DNA of 64,000 bases. Source: Podarcis muralis. Taxonomy: Eukaryota. The notes beneath the pieces are model-generated. The model saw nothing but the letters and a program-made list of their open reading frames with translations, was not told where the DNA came from and ran no database searches. Where the stretch lies: positions 106,826,001 through 106,890,000 of the forward strand of contig NC_135656.1 of assembly GCF_964188315.1 (NCBI RefSeq), written 5' to 3'. Positions within the stretch are counted from its first letter, which is position 1; every line of letters begins with the position of its first letter. Both the position numbers and the translations under genes were made by a program. This document shows positions 23,988 to 36,584 of the stretch, piece by piece.

Positions 23988-25848
23988 AAGGAGCTAAGTC
24001 CCACAATGCTTTGCACTAGGAGCGAGTCATAAGCTTAAAGGGGAGCCTGCCTCTGCACCCCCCATCTCAGGCTGCAGAGGACTTCCGAGAGTGCTATCAA
24101 AGGCAGGAGGGGTGGAAGCTTTGTTCTAGCCTCTGCTGCTTCACAAGGCAGGGGGTAAGTAGCCTGCCCCCCCAGTTGCCCTCAGGCTCTTACCTGGGAT
24201 CCTAGAGGTGGCACATCTGGTGTTAGCTCCAAGACAGGAGAGGTGGGGGGTGCTCTGGTTACACACGGGAGCCTTCGCGGCACGGTGGTCTCCCTGGTGC
24301 TGCAACTGTTTCTCTGAGGAGAAGGGCTGCCCTAGTTTTTAGCAGCCTTCTCCTTCCCGAACTGTCCTCCCACCCCGTCCTGCCGGTGAACAGGCTGGCT
24401 TCTCGCCCCCTCCGGGGCCTGCCCACCGGCTGCCTTTCGCCTGGAGCCGCTGGCTCCTTCCCTCAGCCACGCCACCCACACGACCTGCTGTCCCGACAGG
24501 CGCACCGCGTCGCCGCTGGAGAGGGGGTGCACCTCGGCAGAGGCAACGGCGCCCCGCTCCCAGGAGCACAGGCCCCGGCAGAGCCTCCGCAATCTCCCCA
24601 ACCCGCGATCACTGCGCCGCACTCTTCACCATCACCTGTAGTGACTCTCTGCACGCCACAGGTTACCTAAAATCGTCTCCTTCTTGCTTGTGATCAGAGA
24701 GCTGGTTTCAAGGTAATTAAAGGAGAAAAAAAAAGATTCTGTGCCAAGGGATCAAGTGCGCAGGAGCTGCCGCTCGTTTTTTTTTTAAAAAACAAACCAG
24801 CCTCACATCCTTGGAATAGCTATAAATGACGTTCACCGCAGAGTGGACCACAGGAAGACCCTAAGGAGATCCCAGAAAATGCAGGCTTTTTTGCAGGCAC
24901 ACACACTCCACAAGCCCCTTTCGTTTTCCTCCAAACGAGTAAGTAAATAAACCCCGCTCGCTGGCTGTCAAAACACAAGCGGCGTCCCTCCCCCGATATC
25001 CCCGTGGCATGCAGTCATCAGCATTATTCCAGAGACTGAAAGCTCAGAGTGACGGTTGCTCCAGTCCCACAGCCACAGCAGTGCCCCGAGTCCCCAAAAC
25101 ACCCCTAAGAGAGAGAACCCATAGGAACAGGACTGTACGTACTAGAGGTCTGCATGGCAGCCATACCCGATGTGTCCCGACATGAACCTGAAGGAATGAG
25201 GTCATCCAGGCCAGCTTCTCAACAGCCTTCAGGTCAGGCTGAGGGACCTGGAAGTACATCTGCCAACAGCAGAGTGCTCTGGTGTCATAGCCTTCCGCAA
25301 GGGGAGGAGCTACAGCGTCCCAGCCGTCCTTTGCAAGGGCCAAAGGGCGCTCTAAAAGAAGGCGAGTCGAGATCAGAGGGACGCTCCCCTCCCTCCTTCG
25401 GAATGGCCGTTTCGCAGCTCTCCGTAAGCTGGGATCATGGAGCTCCTCCTTCCCCCTCCCACCTGGCTTTGGTTCCTAAGGAACAGCCTTGCCACCTGCA
25501 CAGGGGGGGCAATCGCAGCACTTGGGCATGCGGGACAGCTGATGGGGGTCCACATAGAGACCCCGAATCCAGTATAACAGCACATATGCCGCTGTCTCCA
25601 GGAGGCTTGTGCCCCGCCAGCATCCTGTACACAAAACAGTTTGCTGCCCGTTCCAGCAGGGAGAAGGTCTAAGCTCTGCCTGGCCCAAACTCCTGCGGTG
25701 GCAAGGAAGCGGCAACTCCCGTTTTCAGATACTTGCGGGCTCTCTAGAGCTCCAGTGCCGGGGCCCCCCAATGCTTGGGGCCCTTAACCCACTGCTAGTC
25801 TCCGCTCCAGGCCAGAGAAAGAGGTCTCTGTTGATTGCAAAATCTCAC

Positions 25849-26079
25849 CTGCAAAAATTCGGCTGCCGGTTGCTTACATTTCACCTCCATCTCAGCGATC
25901 ACGTCGCCGAGACGGGAAAGCTCTTCCGAGAGTTTGGTAACCATTTCGTCCTTCCGCTTCTCTATCTCTTTATCGAGCTCTTCTAGCTGGGCGAGCAACT
26001 GCTGCTCCTCATCTTTGAGAAACTGGTGGAGGCGCTCAAATTCAGAGATGATCTCCTGTCTCTCTGCTTGGACGGTTTC
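25849..26079 (-). CDS. TRIM-B exon 3 (231 bp coiled-coil): ETVQAERQEIISEFERLHQFL...KCKQPAAEFLQ
   Basis: Acceptor cattacag|GAA, donor CAG|gtgaga, 77 codons. Confidence 0.9.
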
Positions 26080-27082
26080 CTGTAATGACCACAGGTAAAA
26101 TGGGAGTTAAGAGAGCCCTTTGCGGGTGCACAAGAAAAAGATCGTCATTACAGCCCTAAGAAGACAGCAACCAAACAAGACTGTATAACAAACCAGCACG
26201 AGGGACAGTGCAGACACAGAAGATATGAGGCCAAAATAGACTATGACAAGGGAGGCAACATAAAAATGACCAGGGAGTAGCTGGGGATGGGGGGGGGCGG
26301 GGGCAGGAGGCATTATCTAAAACCAGCAGGCGTCTGCAACACTTCCCTCCCTTCTCCCTACCACTACCCCATCATCCCCTGGAACGGCCTCCATCTCCCT
26401 CCAGGTGGACCTGGAGGGGTTGAGAAACATGTTCTGTTGTATAGCATCTGCAACCCAGCTTCTTCAGTCCCTGGACTTGGCAAAATAGCCAGCCTGGTTG
26501 GAGGATAAGGCTGCAAGAGGAGGCTGCAGCAGAAACAGGAAAATGCTCAGCACCCCGCCTGAGGACTGTTATCCAGGACAAACATCCCACTTGTCCACCG
26601 TATGGGACCCAACCATGGATAGCTTGCTCTGCAGGATGAAATCAAAATATTTATTTAGGACCATCAGCTAGCTATTACACAACAAGCCACTAAAAGAGAC
26701 AAACATCAAGAACAAAATAGTGACTGCCTCTTCAGGCAAACACTCAGATATAAAAAGTTTTGGGGTTTTTTACAACAGAAACAACATTTCTACATTTTTT
26801 TTTAATGGGAAGCAAGGTATTGTGTTATTGCTGAGCTTGGCCACATTTTGTGATGTGGGTTTTCTAGAAAGGTTTGTGTTGGGGGGGGGGGGAATCCTAT
26901 GCAAATTAGGCCCATTTACACAGCATAATTTGCTAATTACACAAGATAGTTAGCACTGCCTTTTATGAACCTGTAGAAAAAAATGGGATTTGGGAGCGGG
27001 GAGTAATACGGCCAAACAACAACAACCACCCCTCAAGACCCAATGCCTCTGTTCCTGATCACCAATGGCAACAGGTACCTAC

Positions 27083-27178
27083 CATGTAATCCTGAATTTT
27101 CCTCTCTCCAGTCAGCTTCTGGCTCCACAGCGTGTTCTTCTCCTGCTTCAGGATCTCTAGTTGTGCCAGAACCCTCTC
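27083..27178 (-). CDS. TRIM-B exon 2 (96 bp): ERVLAQLEILKQEKNTLWSQKLTGERKIQDYM
   Basis: Acceptor ttttctcag|GAG, donor ATG|gtaggt. Confidence 0.88.
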
Positions 27179-29086
27179 CTGAGAAAACAGAAGTGGCATG
27201 AGATGGGAGGGAGGGAATCAGAGGTATCAAGAGCACAGGAGTTTGTTTTAGTATAGTTCAGTTGGGCAAGAGGCTTTTTTGCCTTCAGGTAACTCTGTCA
27301 AGTGAAAGAGAAGGCAACCTGCACCCAGAAGCCTTTTCCCAATCTGAGGAACAAGGAGGTTGGGTTTCTTCAATAGCCCCATACGGTTGTGTGCGCTCCA
27401 TAGCAAGAAAAAAGAAATCGAATCCACATGCTGAATGCATTGCATTGTTAAGACTTCCGCTAGTCTTGGGAAGAGAAATACTGACGCCCTACTCCTTTCC
27501 TTACAGCTAGGAGTCCTGCCTGGCATCTCTGTGGCATCCCATACTTTATAAATGGCCATGTATTTTCATATTTATCTTTTCATCCACAAGGCTAAATACT
27601 TGGTTCTTTAAAATAACCTCAATATGTTGATTCTGCAGGTATTAAAACCTAGATGTGCATGTTGAGACCTAAATCAACATTAACAATATACTTGGGCTCT
27701 TAGAGGCCAACAAGTTCTCCTTAGCTGGCCGAGCTATCACTTAAAATTGGGTGGGGCAGTTTTTCAGTATCTGGGACACAGAATTTTCTGTTGGAATTTG
27801 GCAGCTGGAGAGCAGGGGCACACGAAGATGAAGCTATTACTTATTGAATAATTTGTGGTGTTAAAATTCTTGAGCCTGAAGGAGCCGACAGCAAAAAATA
27901 GTTATCAGAAGCTCACTAATGTGAGTTCCCCGAAGCACAAACTAAGAAACTCAACACTGTGGCAAGAACACCACCTTTTCTCAACTCAATATGATAAATG
28001 GCACAAGAGGAAATATGAGAAGAGCTCTCAAAAAAAGATGGGGGGGGGGAATCAATAGAATTTATTTTCAAGTAAGAATGCATAGGAAAGAATAAGTTAG
28101 AAGAGTTTGTTTTTCTGACTCTACTTCTTGTAGATATTACTGTTCCAATTCATAAGTAATCCAAGCTTCTAGTTCTATAAACAGGGAATATGACACAAAG
28201 AGGGGAAAGTTACTATTCAGAAACCTCCATCAGTTGACAGGCCATTGTCACTGCACTGGACCTTAAGAATAAGAAACAAGGAACTAGTAACTTGACACTT
28301 TCATGAATACAAAAGAATCAGGCTGAATGGTCTCTAATCCTCTATTGATAAATGCACTGACATTGGTTTTTTTTCAGAGGTTGCTAGGCACCTAGATTTG
28401 GAAACCTGTTTTCAACATAAAGCTAAGGATCCACAGTTCTTCCAGCTGATTTGATGTCCTGTAGAAACCAGAGATGCCAAAATAAGCTAGAAATCTGATG
28501 ACTAAAGAGCCCTCCACACACCCTCTAACCCAATTATTTCTCCATCCTACAGCTAAGCATTTTCTGAGAAGATCACAGCTTGGAATGCTACATAAACTCA
28601 CAACTATGCGATCATTATTGCAAGAAAAGACCCATGCCAACAATATTTGAACATAATTTTCACTCAAGATACAAAAGTAACCAGAAAGTTGGAAATTTAA
28701 AGGTCTATGTAAGCATAATTATTTATCCAGAATAAACCTGTCTTATAAGAAGGAAAATTAATTTCCAAACATGGCTTAGTAAGAGATACTTCTGGCGTTA
28801 GGTATAAAACAGCCAGAGAACAATGAATACTATTATTTTACTGCTGTTGTTACTTTATTTTACAAAAATGCCCTGCTATTAAAAGATGAGGAAAGATAAA
28901 AAAAGAAAGTAGCGAATACAGGATATAAATTGGCCATTTTTAAGCATCACTCAAGCGCTCTCTGAACCCATGAAGGATGCAGTCAATCATTAAAAACCTT
29001 ATGTTCATTACAGCAACCAAAAAACAAAAAACAAAACCAGTGATGTTAAATTATTGCAGCAAAATGTTTTCCTACAGCCAAAGCAG

Positions 29087-29246
29087 CATAGGTTTCAACC
29101 TTCCCTTTTTTTGTGGGAAATCCCCTTATTGCAGCACCGTTTCGCGCTGCTTCCCGCTATCCTGGATTGTTAGATATCCCGTACTGTCCCCAGGACAGGT
29201 GAGGCTGCTGATCCCTTATTTTCAAATCTGAAAGTTGACTGCTATG
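29087..29246. mobile_element. Short hAT-like MITE, same family as 1844-2356
   Basis: TIRs catag...caac/gttgactgctatg; TSD caaagcag/caaagaag (7/8). Confidence 0.7.
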
Positions 29247-29299
29247 CAAAGAAGTCAGAGGTATAAACGTTTTGCAACGAGAATTCAATAACCCCGTCC

Positions 29300-30640
29300 C
29301 ATGTGCTGTTTTGTTTGTGCTAACCACGGCACTGCCCTAATAACGGATTTTGGGGGGAGCTGAACAGGCCACCAGGACTACCCTTCTCCTGCTTGCTTTG
29401 CTCGCCACTGATTTCTGGTTTCGGAGAGCTCTCCCCCTTCCCTCCCTTACCCTGTAGTCCCGGGCTGCCCTCTCGACGTGGAAGACGGCGTGGGCCCGGT
29501 GCTCCTGGGACCGATCGCAGTGCGCGCAGATGGGCGCCTGGTCCTCCTCGCAGAAGAACTGCAGCACGTCCCGGTGCTTCTCGCACAGCTTCCCTCCAGC
29601 GCCCTCTCCGCATCCTCCTGCCGACAACCTTCTGGGCAGCGGGGGCGACGTCGACAAGTCTGCCGCCGGTGCTGCAGGAGCCGCTGACGCTACGGGAGAC
29701 GGCGGGGTGGGCGGCGTCAAGGACAGCAGCGGCGGGGGCGGCGGCGGCGCTGCTGCTGCCGGTGGTGGTGGTGCCGGTGCGCATACCGGCGCCGGAGACA
29801 CTGCGGGGGCCACTGTCATCGGCTGGTGCTGCTGGGGCAGCGGCGGCGGCGCTACCACCACGGGCGCCGCGGGCAGCGCGACCGCCCCTCCGGGCCCGGA
29901 GTCGAGCCTCTGCCTCTTGGGCCTGTCCGCCACCAGGCTGGCCAGGAGCGGCGGCGGCTTGATGGGCCTCAGGTTCCTCTTGCGGGCGGTGGCTCCGCAC
30001 TCCAGGCAGGAGATGTTGATCTTGGGCTCGCCCAGGCGCTGCCCGATGCAGGCCGTGCAGAAGTTGTGGCCGCACGGCAGGCACACCGGGTCCGGGCAGT
30101 AGACGCGGCACAGCGAGCACCACGTCTCGCTGGGGCAGCGCGGGCCCGCCGGGATCTCGGCCGGGGTCGTGCCGGGCGGAGGCGAGTCCGGCGGCGACGG
30201 CGGGGACAGGACGGACGGCAGCGGAGGCAAGAGCGGCGGCGGCGGCGCCAGCGGGCCGCCCACCGCCAGGCCCGGGTGCTGAGCGCCCCTCAGGCGGCTG
30301 CGGAGGAGCCGCTGCTGGAGCTGCTGCTCCGCCGACATCCCGCCACCAACGCCGCCGCTCATGACGCCAGCCCAGCCCAGCTCCAGCCTGCCTGCCTGCC
30401 CGCGAGGACGCCGACGACGCGCCTGCCTCCCTTCCGGCGGACGCGCCACCCGATTGGCTGAGCCGACAGGCGCTAAGCGGAAGTGAGGGGGAAGCCGGGA
30501 GACGTTACGGCCGTAACCCTTCGCGCGCTGGGCTCCAGGCGGCAAAGCGGGAAAAGGCAACGGCCCGATGTAGAAGCTGGCGCAACGTGCGCGCCGACGT
30601 CATAGGGGCCTCCAACTCCCATCAGCCCCAGGCCAGGATG
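29300..30640. promoter_or_regulatory. CpG island over TRIM-B exon 1/promoter
   Basis: Very high GC and CpG density; upstream CCAAT (gattgg), ETS (cggaagtg) and CRE-like (gacgtca) motifs. Confidence 0.7.
29451..30362 (-). CDS. TRIM-B exon 1 (304 codons): Pro-rich N-terminus, RING, 137-aa Pro/Ala linker, B-box2
   Basis: Inside ORF 29337..30560; ATG in gtcATGa context at 30362; CSLC...CGHNFCTAC...CLEC RING and CEKH...CEED...CAHC...H..H B-box; donor AGG|gtaagg. Start codon choice is inferred. Confidence 0.85.
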
Positions 30641-30953
30641 GCGAATGCTCAGGGGTGATGGGAGTTGTAGTCTTTCCCCCCAATTTTTTTTTATTGGTTT
30701 TCATAACATTATAAACAAACACATAAGACAAACAAACATAAATCATAGCCTTATTGAAAATTACACTTATTATTTTCTTTTTTCTTTTCCTTCTCCTCCT
30801 GCGATGAGGCTACATTTTAATATTTTAATGTTTCAATATTTTAATGTATTTTTAATTTTGTTTTTAAGTTGTAATCATTTAACTTGTTTTTATTATTGCT
30901 TGTAAGCCGCTCTGAGCCCGGCCTTGGCTGGGGAGGGCGGGGTATAAATAAAA

Positions 30954-30989
<36 letters not shown>

Positions 30990-32204
30990 ATTGTTAAGTG
31001 GCTTCCTCGCTTCCCTTTGGTTGAATTTCATTGCATATCCTTTTAACCGTTTTCCAAATCAGTTCTTATAAAATTTAACTTAAACATTAACATCCTTAAA
31101 TCTTCACATTATGAAATTAAACATATTAATTCATCCCTTAACATAAATAAAATACTAAACCAATTAAGTATGTGCAAGCTGTTTTCAATTAATTAAACTT
31201 AACATATTTAACTAGGTAATCATTAAATTTAATCCACTCTTCCTGATACTCAGGCAGGGGGAGTTGTAGTCTTGGAGGGGCACCGACAGTTGTTTTTTTT
31301 AAATAGGGGGAATGTTAAGCAAGCAAGCAAGCGCACACTTTCTTGAGTTTCCCTCCCTTCTAAAGAACAACAAAATCATATAACCTAATAAAAAAACTCA
31401 GAGGCAAAATAGAGATTGTTTTATGAGAATTAGGCTTCAGAAAATAGCGATTGTCCCTGGCAAATGAGGACAGTTGGACCACATGAGATTGGCACATGAA
31501 GAGATCAGGATCAACTCTTAGTATGCACTATCAGCCTCCATTCTTAACTGAACTTTAGCCAGAGGCTTTAATGTTAAGTAAGCAAAACTGGCAATAGAAT
31601 TGGACTTAGACCTGGGAGACTCAAGGTCAACTCCTTGGCCAGCCACATACTCTCTGGATGCTCCATAGTAGTGCAACTGTTATTAAGCCATTTGCAGTTG
31701 CTCACGCTAGAGTCAAGGTCTACATTCTTAATTCATCCCATATTTTACCAGCAATTCTCAAAGATCAGTATATGGATAAAAGATTTAATGTCTTTTGTTT
31801 ATTGCATTCAGCGGTCTCCAGACAATCCTTTCAAATTTGTGTAGTGCTGGTGCTTTGGTGAATAGGGTTTAGAATCCGTAGCATGACCCAGGACACAGAA
31901 ATGGCCAGCCATATCCTTAGGTATCTTCCAAAGGACCCATTAATGATCATGGTTGGATTATTTTAGAGGTGTAATACTGGAGGAAGACCTGAAAATTGTA
32001 GTTCATTTAATAAAGACAGCTAGGAAACACTGAAAAAAATCCCAGATCATGTTCTATTGACATGGTTTTCTTAGGTATGGGAAGTGGCTTAAGCAGACAA
32101 ACAATAAGGGTGAGAGAAGGCCAGCTGAAGGAGGACATTGTGAATAGAGCTTGTTTATCAAGTATAGGAATGATAAAAGTCAAGAACCGGTCAATCCACA
32201 TGTA

Positions 32205-32458
32205 CAGTCATACCTTGGGTTGAAGTAGCTTCAGGTTAAGCATTTTCGGGTTGTGCTCCGCGGCGACCCGGAAGTAACTGAGCGCGTTACTTCCGGGTTT
32301 TGCCGCTCGCGCATGCGCAGACGCTCAAAATGACATCACGCACATGCGCGGAAACGGCGAAACGCGACCCGTGCACACGCGCACTTGCGTGTTACGTTCT
32401 ACTCAGGATGCGAACGGGGCTCCAGAACAGACCCCGTTCGCATCCAGAGGTACCACTG
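32205..32458. mobile_element. Tc1/mariner MITE
   Basis: TA cagtcatacct...aggtaccactg TA. Confidence 0.78.
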
Positions 32459-33829
32459 TATTATTAGGGAATATATAACAGAACACTTTGACAAACTGAC
32501 ATTATATTTTTTAAAAACAATTATTCTTTATTTTAATTAACTGAAAGGAAAAAAAAGATGAATAATTATGTATTTGTGCAATGTATTTATTCACACTTTT
32601 AGATAATTTACTTCAACACCACTTAAAATGTGTTATTTACCTCTATCATGTCTCCTCTTACTCTCCTTTTCTCTGAATTGAAAAGCCCCAAATGCTGAAC
32701 CTTTTTTTCATATGGGAGTAGCCCACATATGATAATCACACATTATGACCCATACACCAGAACAATTTCACAGCAGAGATCACTGCAGTAAACCTGTGGC
32801 CCTCGAGATGTTGCTGAACTACAACTCCCACAGCCTCAGCCACCATGGCCAATGATCAGGGATGAGGAGAGTTGCTGTCCAGCAACATTTTGAGGGACAC
32901 ACAGGTCCCCCCCCGCCCCCGCTCTGGTCTAGTTGATAAGCAGATTGAGGAAAGGGGTAGTGAGGTTCTTTAAAAGCTATTACACAGGGCTTTTTTCAGC
33001 TGGAATACACCTATTACACAAGAAACAAACAAAAAACACAAGAATCTTCTCTGTTCACAAAAGGAATTTTAATGCAATGACAGGACAGTTTTCTGGATCA
33101 AAATATATGCAAATCTGTTGAACCTTAACAAAAAAGAAAACACATCTTCCAAAAGTGCCGATGTGTCAGCGTGGGAGCCATTTATAAATCACTTAACAGT
33201 GCAATCCTATACATGATTACTAAGAAGCAAGTCTTATGCTTGAGAGGAGTTACTCCCAGGTAAGTGTGTAAGAAGTGGAGCCATAATCCAGCAAATCCCC
33301 CTTAATCCTGTTTTGTCGCAGTGAAAACAAAGGACATAAAAACAACCTAAAAGCAAAGACTCCAGTTTATCTGGTTTACGGATTGAAGCTGTGGCTGCTT
33401 TGGTAAACCTGAGCTGGGCCAGATTAGCCACTGTGCTGTTCTCCCAAGGAATCCCGATGGTGGGAATGGATATTTCCAAATTCTGTTGTGGAAAATCTAC
33501 AAATTCCAGGGATCCTGGGAAGCCATAACCATTTAACTATGCAGTGAAAATATAGCCAAGGACTACTCCGTACATCCCTCCTTACTTTTCTGGGTTTATC
33601 CATCAAGGTAGGGAACACCTACTGCATTTTAATCTTTGCATCTTTCAAGTCTTCATTCTATTTCAATGCAGTATGTTATCAATTTTGAACATAACTAAGA
33701 TGTCCCGCACAAATCCAGACCAAGGGGGACAAGTGACTGGGATTTCAGCAATTAGCAAAGCACTCATTTACATAAGCTCCTAAGGTGCAAGCGTTATACA
33801 TACCACTTTCCGCTAACTTGCTGCCAAGA

Positions 33830-34030
33830 AAGGAGATTCCGACTAAACGTTGGGAATAACTTTCTGGCAGGAAGAGTTGTTTGACAGTGGAACAGACTCC
33901 CAGAAGAGATGGTGAATTCTCCTTCCCTGGAGGCTATTAAGCAGAGTTTGGGTGGTCATTGTGTCTTGAACAATTGAGTTGACATTCTTGCATTGCAGGG
34001 GCTTGGACTGGATTGCAACCCTACAATTCT
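33830..34030 (+). mobile_element. CR1 3' fragment (degenerate)
   Basis: cagtggaacagactcccagaagagatggtgaattctccttccctggagg resembles the CR1 3' end. Confidence 0.55.
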
Positions 34031-35548
34031 ATGACCCCCAGCGTGCCAGTGACATGGAAAAAGGGAAAGCCTTCCTTTTTAAGAAACAAATAACAATAAA
34101 ATAAATGGGGTAGGATAAGTGCTCATATGCTGAAGTGGTACAGCAGCATCTATTTCATAAACTGGTAATAAGCAGCATGTGAAAGGTTGTCCGACGGTGT
34201 TGACATGGGAGAAGCAGGTGTTGCGTTGGTCACCACTGCTGATGCGAGTGGCCACCCATTGGATGCCGTGCAAGTAAGTCAAACACAGCCATGTTCCTTA
34301 GAGCAGGTATCTTCAACCTTTTCATTCCCAGGACCCAATTTTCAGTGCAACATACATTCGGGGACCCACTTCTTAATCTTTAACCATGTATTGGCATGGA
34401 GGTAGTGCTCTTTTGCGACCCACCTTAGATAGGGCCGCAACCCACCAGCTGAAGACCAGCGCCACAGAGCACACTTCTATTAACCATAAACTTGCTAGCT
34501 GGAGCAAAGCATCTTGTTTCCCAAGTGACAGAAGTACTGCTGCCTGAGAGTTGGGGGGGAAAGCATTCCTGCAGCACAGACACTGCCCTGAGGGAAGATG
34601 TCTGGATTGCAGGGAACAAACAAGTGCGTATTTAATAAACTCCTATACATACGCAAGGTCTGGTTTATGACCGGACTAAACTATCGTTTATTAAACCGTG
34701 GCTGAGCATTATGTGTGAACCCTACAGAAAGCCTTAATAGTGTGTTTACTGTCAACGAACCACAATCTAAAAGCAGAGCTTGCGGCTGGCTTATGAAACT
34801 TGGTTTGTTTTGACTATGGCTTCCTGTTAAATGTGAACCCAGTACAGTCTTCCTTAACTGTGAACTGTTTGGCCATTCCACCCCAGACACTTGCCAAGCT
34901 TCAAAGGAATGAGGCAAAAGCAACTAGCAAGCAAACCAAACTCTGGAGAAACAAGCCATGGTTTGTTTGTCTGTCTATGAAGCAACTTGCAATTAACTCA
35001 TGGCTTGTTAAGCAAACCATAGCTTAAATCCAGAGTGGGAACCTGTGGCCCTTGAGATGTCGGACTTTGACTCCTTTCAGCCCCAGCCAATAAGATCAGT
35101 GGGGAGGATGGTGAGAATGCAAGTTAAGTAGAAATATGAATGCTAGCTGAGATAATACAATATAAAAGTGTATAGAAATGTATTTATAATATTCAGCCGG
35201 CACTTAAATGTTTCTTATGATGCAAAATGCTCTTTCTCCCTCTCTAGAATTATGTGAACTTAGAAGTTGTTTTCTTTTAAATTAAAATGTTTTGGGACAG
35301 GAAGAAACTTGCTCCTTTACTTATTTTTAAAAAAAACGGATTTTGAGCCTAACTTTTTAGCTGTGAATAGAAGGAGCTTGCGCTCATGGAACTCTTCTTC
35401 CACAAATGAAGGCTCCTTCTCTTCATGGAGTTAAGTCAAAATCCTTTCAAAATGAAAATTCTTTGCCAATTTCTGTGTTTCTGTACAAAATTATGAATGG
35501 AATGGAATTGCAAAAACAAGCTGGACCACCATATTGCAGAGGCTGTTT

Positions 35549-36066
35549 TCAGGGGCACATTCTAAGCTCTGTAGTTAGGCCCCACAATTTAAAGAAAGGA
35601 CAAATTCTCTCCCCACAGAAATTAGCTGACTGGAAAATAAAAAGGAGGGACATATAACCAGCGTCAAAAAATGCCACCCAACCCCTTTCATAATGCACAA
35701 ATACCTGGATTTTCTCCGGGGCTTCATCTAGGGTCAGGCGAGTCTCGGCTAAAGTGAAAGCCCTGTACTCATTCCCGCAGAGTCCCAAAGCCCAGATGCC
35801 TTCATTGGGGCAAGTGACAACAGGTCCCTTCCTTATCACAGACTCTTTGACCACGCCAAGGGCCCAGTTCTGCCCATTACCCACCTCCACCTCCCAGTAA
35901 TGTACCCCTGAGGCGAATCTCTCGCTGCCCAGGAGAATCAGAGTGGAGTCAAATCTCTCGGGGTTGTTGGGCAGCGGCTGAACCATGTCTCCACGTTTCA
36001 CACTTTTCCTGTCTTCGCTCACCACAAGGAGGGGATGAGCTGTGTCGGGATCAAGAGTAACGCTTA
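35549..36066 (-). CDS. TRIM-C last exon: PRY/SPRY
   Basis: Acceptor ctcctcag|TA; SVTLDPDTAHPLLVVSEDRKSV...SGVHYWEVEVG...EGIWALG...CPFF; TGA at 35549-35551. Confidence 0.92.
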
Positions 36067-36342
36067 CTGAGGAGAAACAGACAAACGGAAAACAATCAGA
36101 AGAGCTTGACGAAAAGGAAAGACGGGTTTTTACAATCAGATCCGGGAAAGCCCAATGCAAGCTAGAGCAGGGTCTCAAAAGAAATAAAAGGAAACAAAAG
36201 AATTAAAATTTAGACCACTTGATCTAATTGTTTTGGCTGCTCATTTAACTGGTTTAATGATTACACCTTTTAATGAGCTTGTTTGATTATGGATGTTTTT
36301 AATAATTTTTGATGGAATTGTTTTAAATGTGCATTTTAATTA

Positions 36343-36584
36343 CAGTGGTACCTCGGGTTACATACGTTTCAGGTTACATATGCTTCAGGTTACAGACTCC
36401 GCTAACACAGAATTAGTACCTCGGGTTATGAACTTTGCTTCAGGATGAGAACAGAAATCGTGCAGCGGTGGCACAGTGGCAGCGGGAGGCCCCATTAGCT
36501 AAAGCAGTGCTTCAGGTTAAGAACAGTTTCAGGTTAAGAATGGACCTCCGGAATGAATTAAGTACTTAACCCGAGGTACCACTG
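36343..36584. mobile_element. Tc1/mariner MITE (CAGTGGTACCTC family)
   Basis: TIR cagtggtacctcgggtta/taacccgaggtaccactg, TA TSD. Confidence 0.85.

Noticed and set aside
24790-24815. Look-alikes of the 23-bp exon (also near 43495-43520)
   Set aside because: Lack a matching donor or acceptor at 23 bp; true micro-exons found at 23932 and 40505
29320-30461. Long overlapping and antisense ORFs over TRIM-B exon 1 (similarly over A, C and D exon 1)
   Set aside because: Expected by-product of stop-poor GC-rich coding DNA; no independent homology
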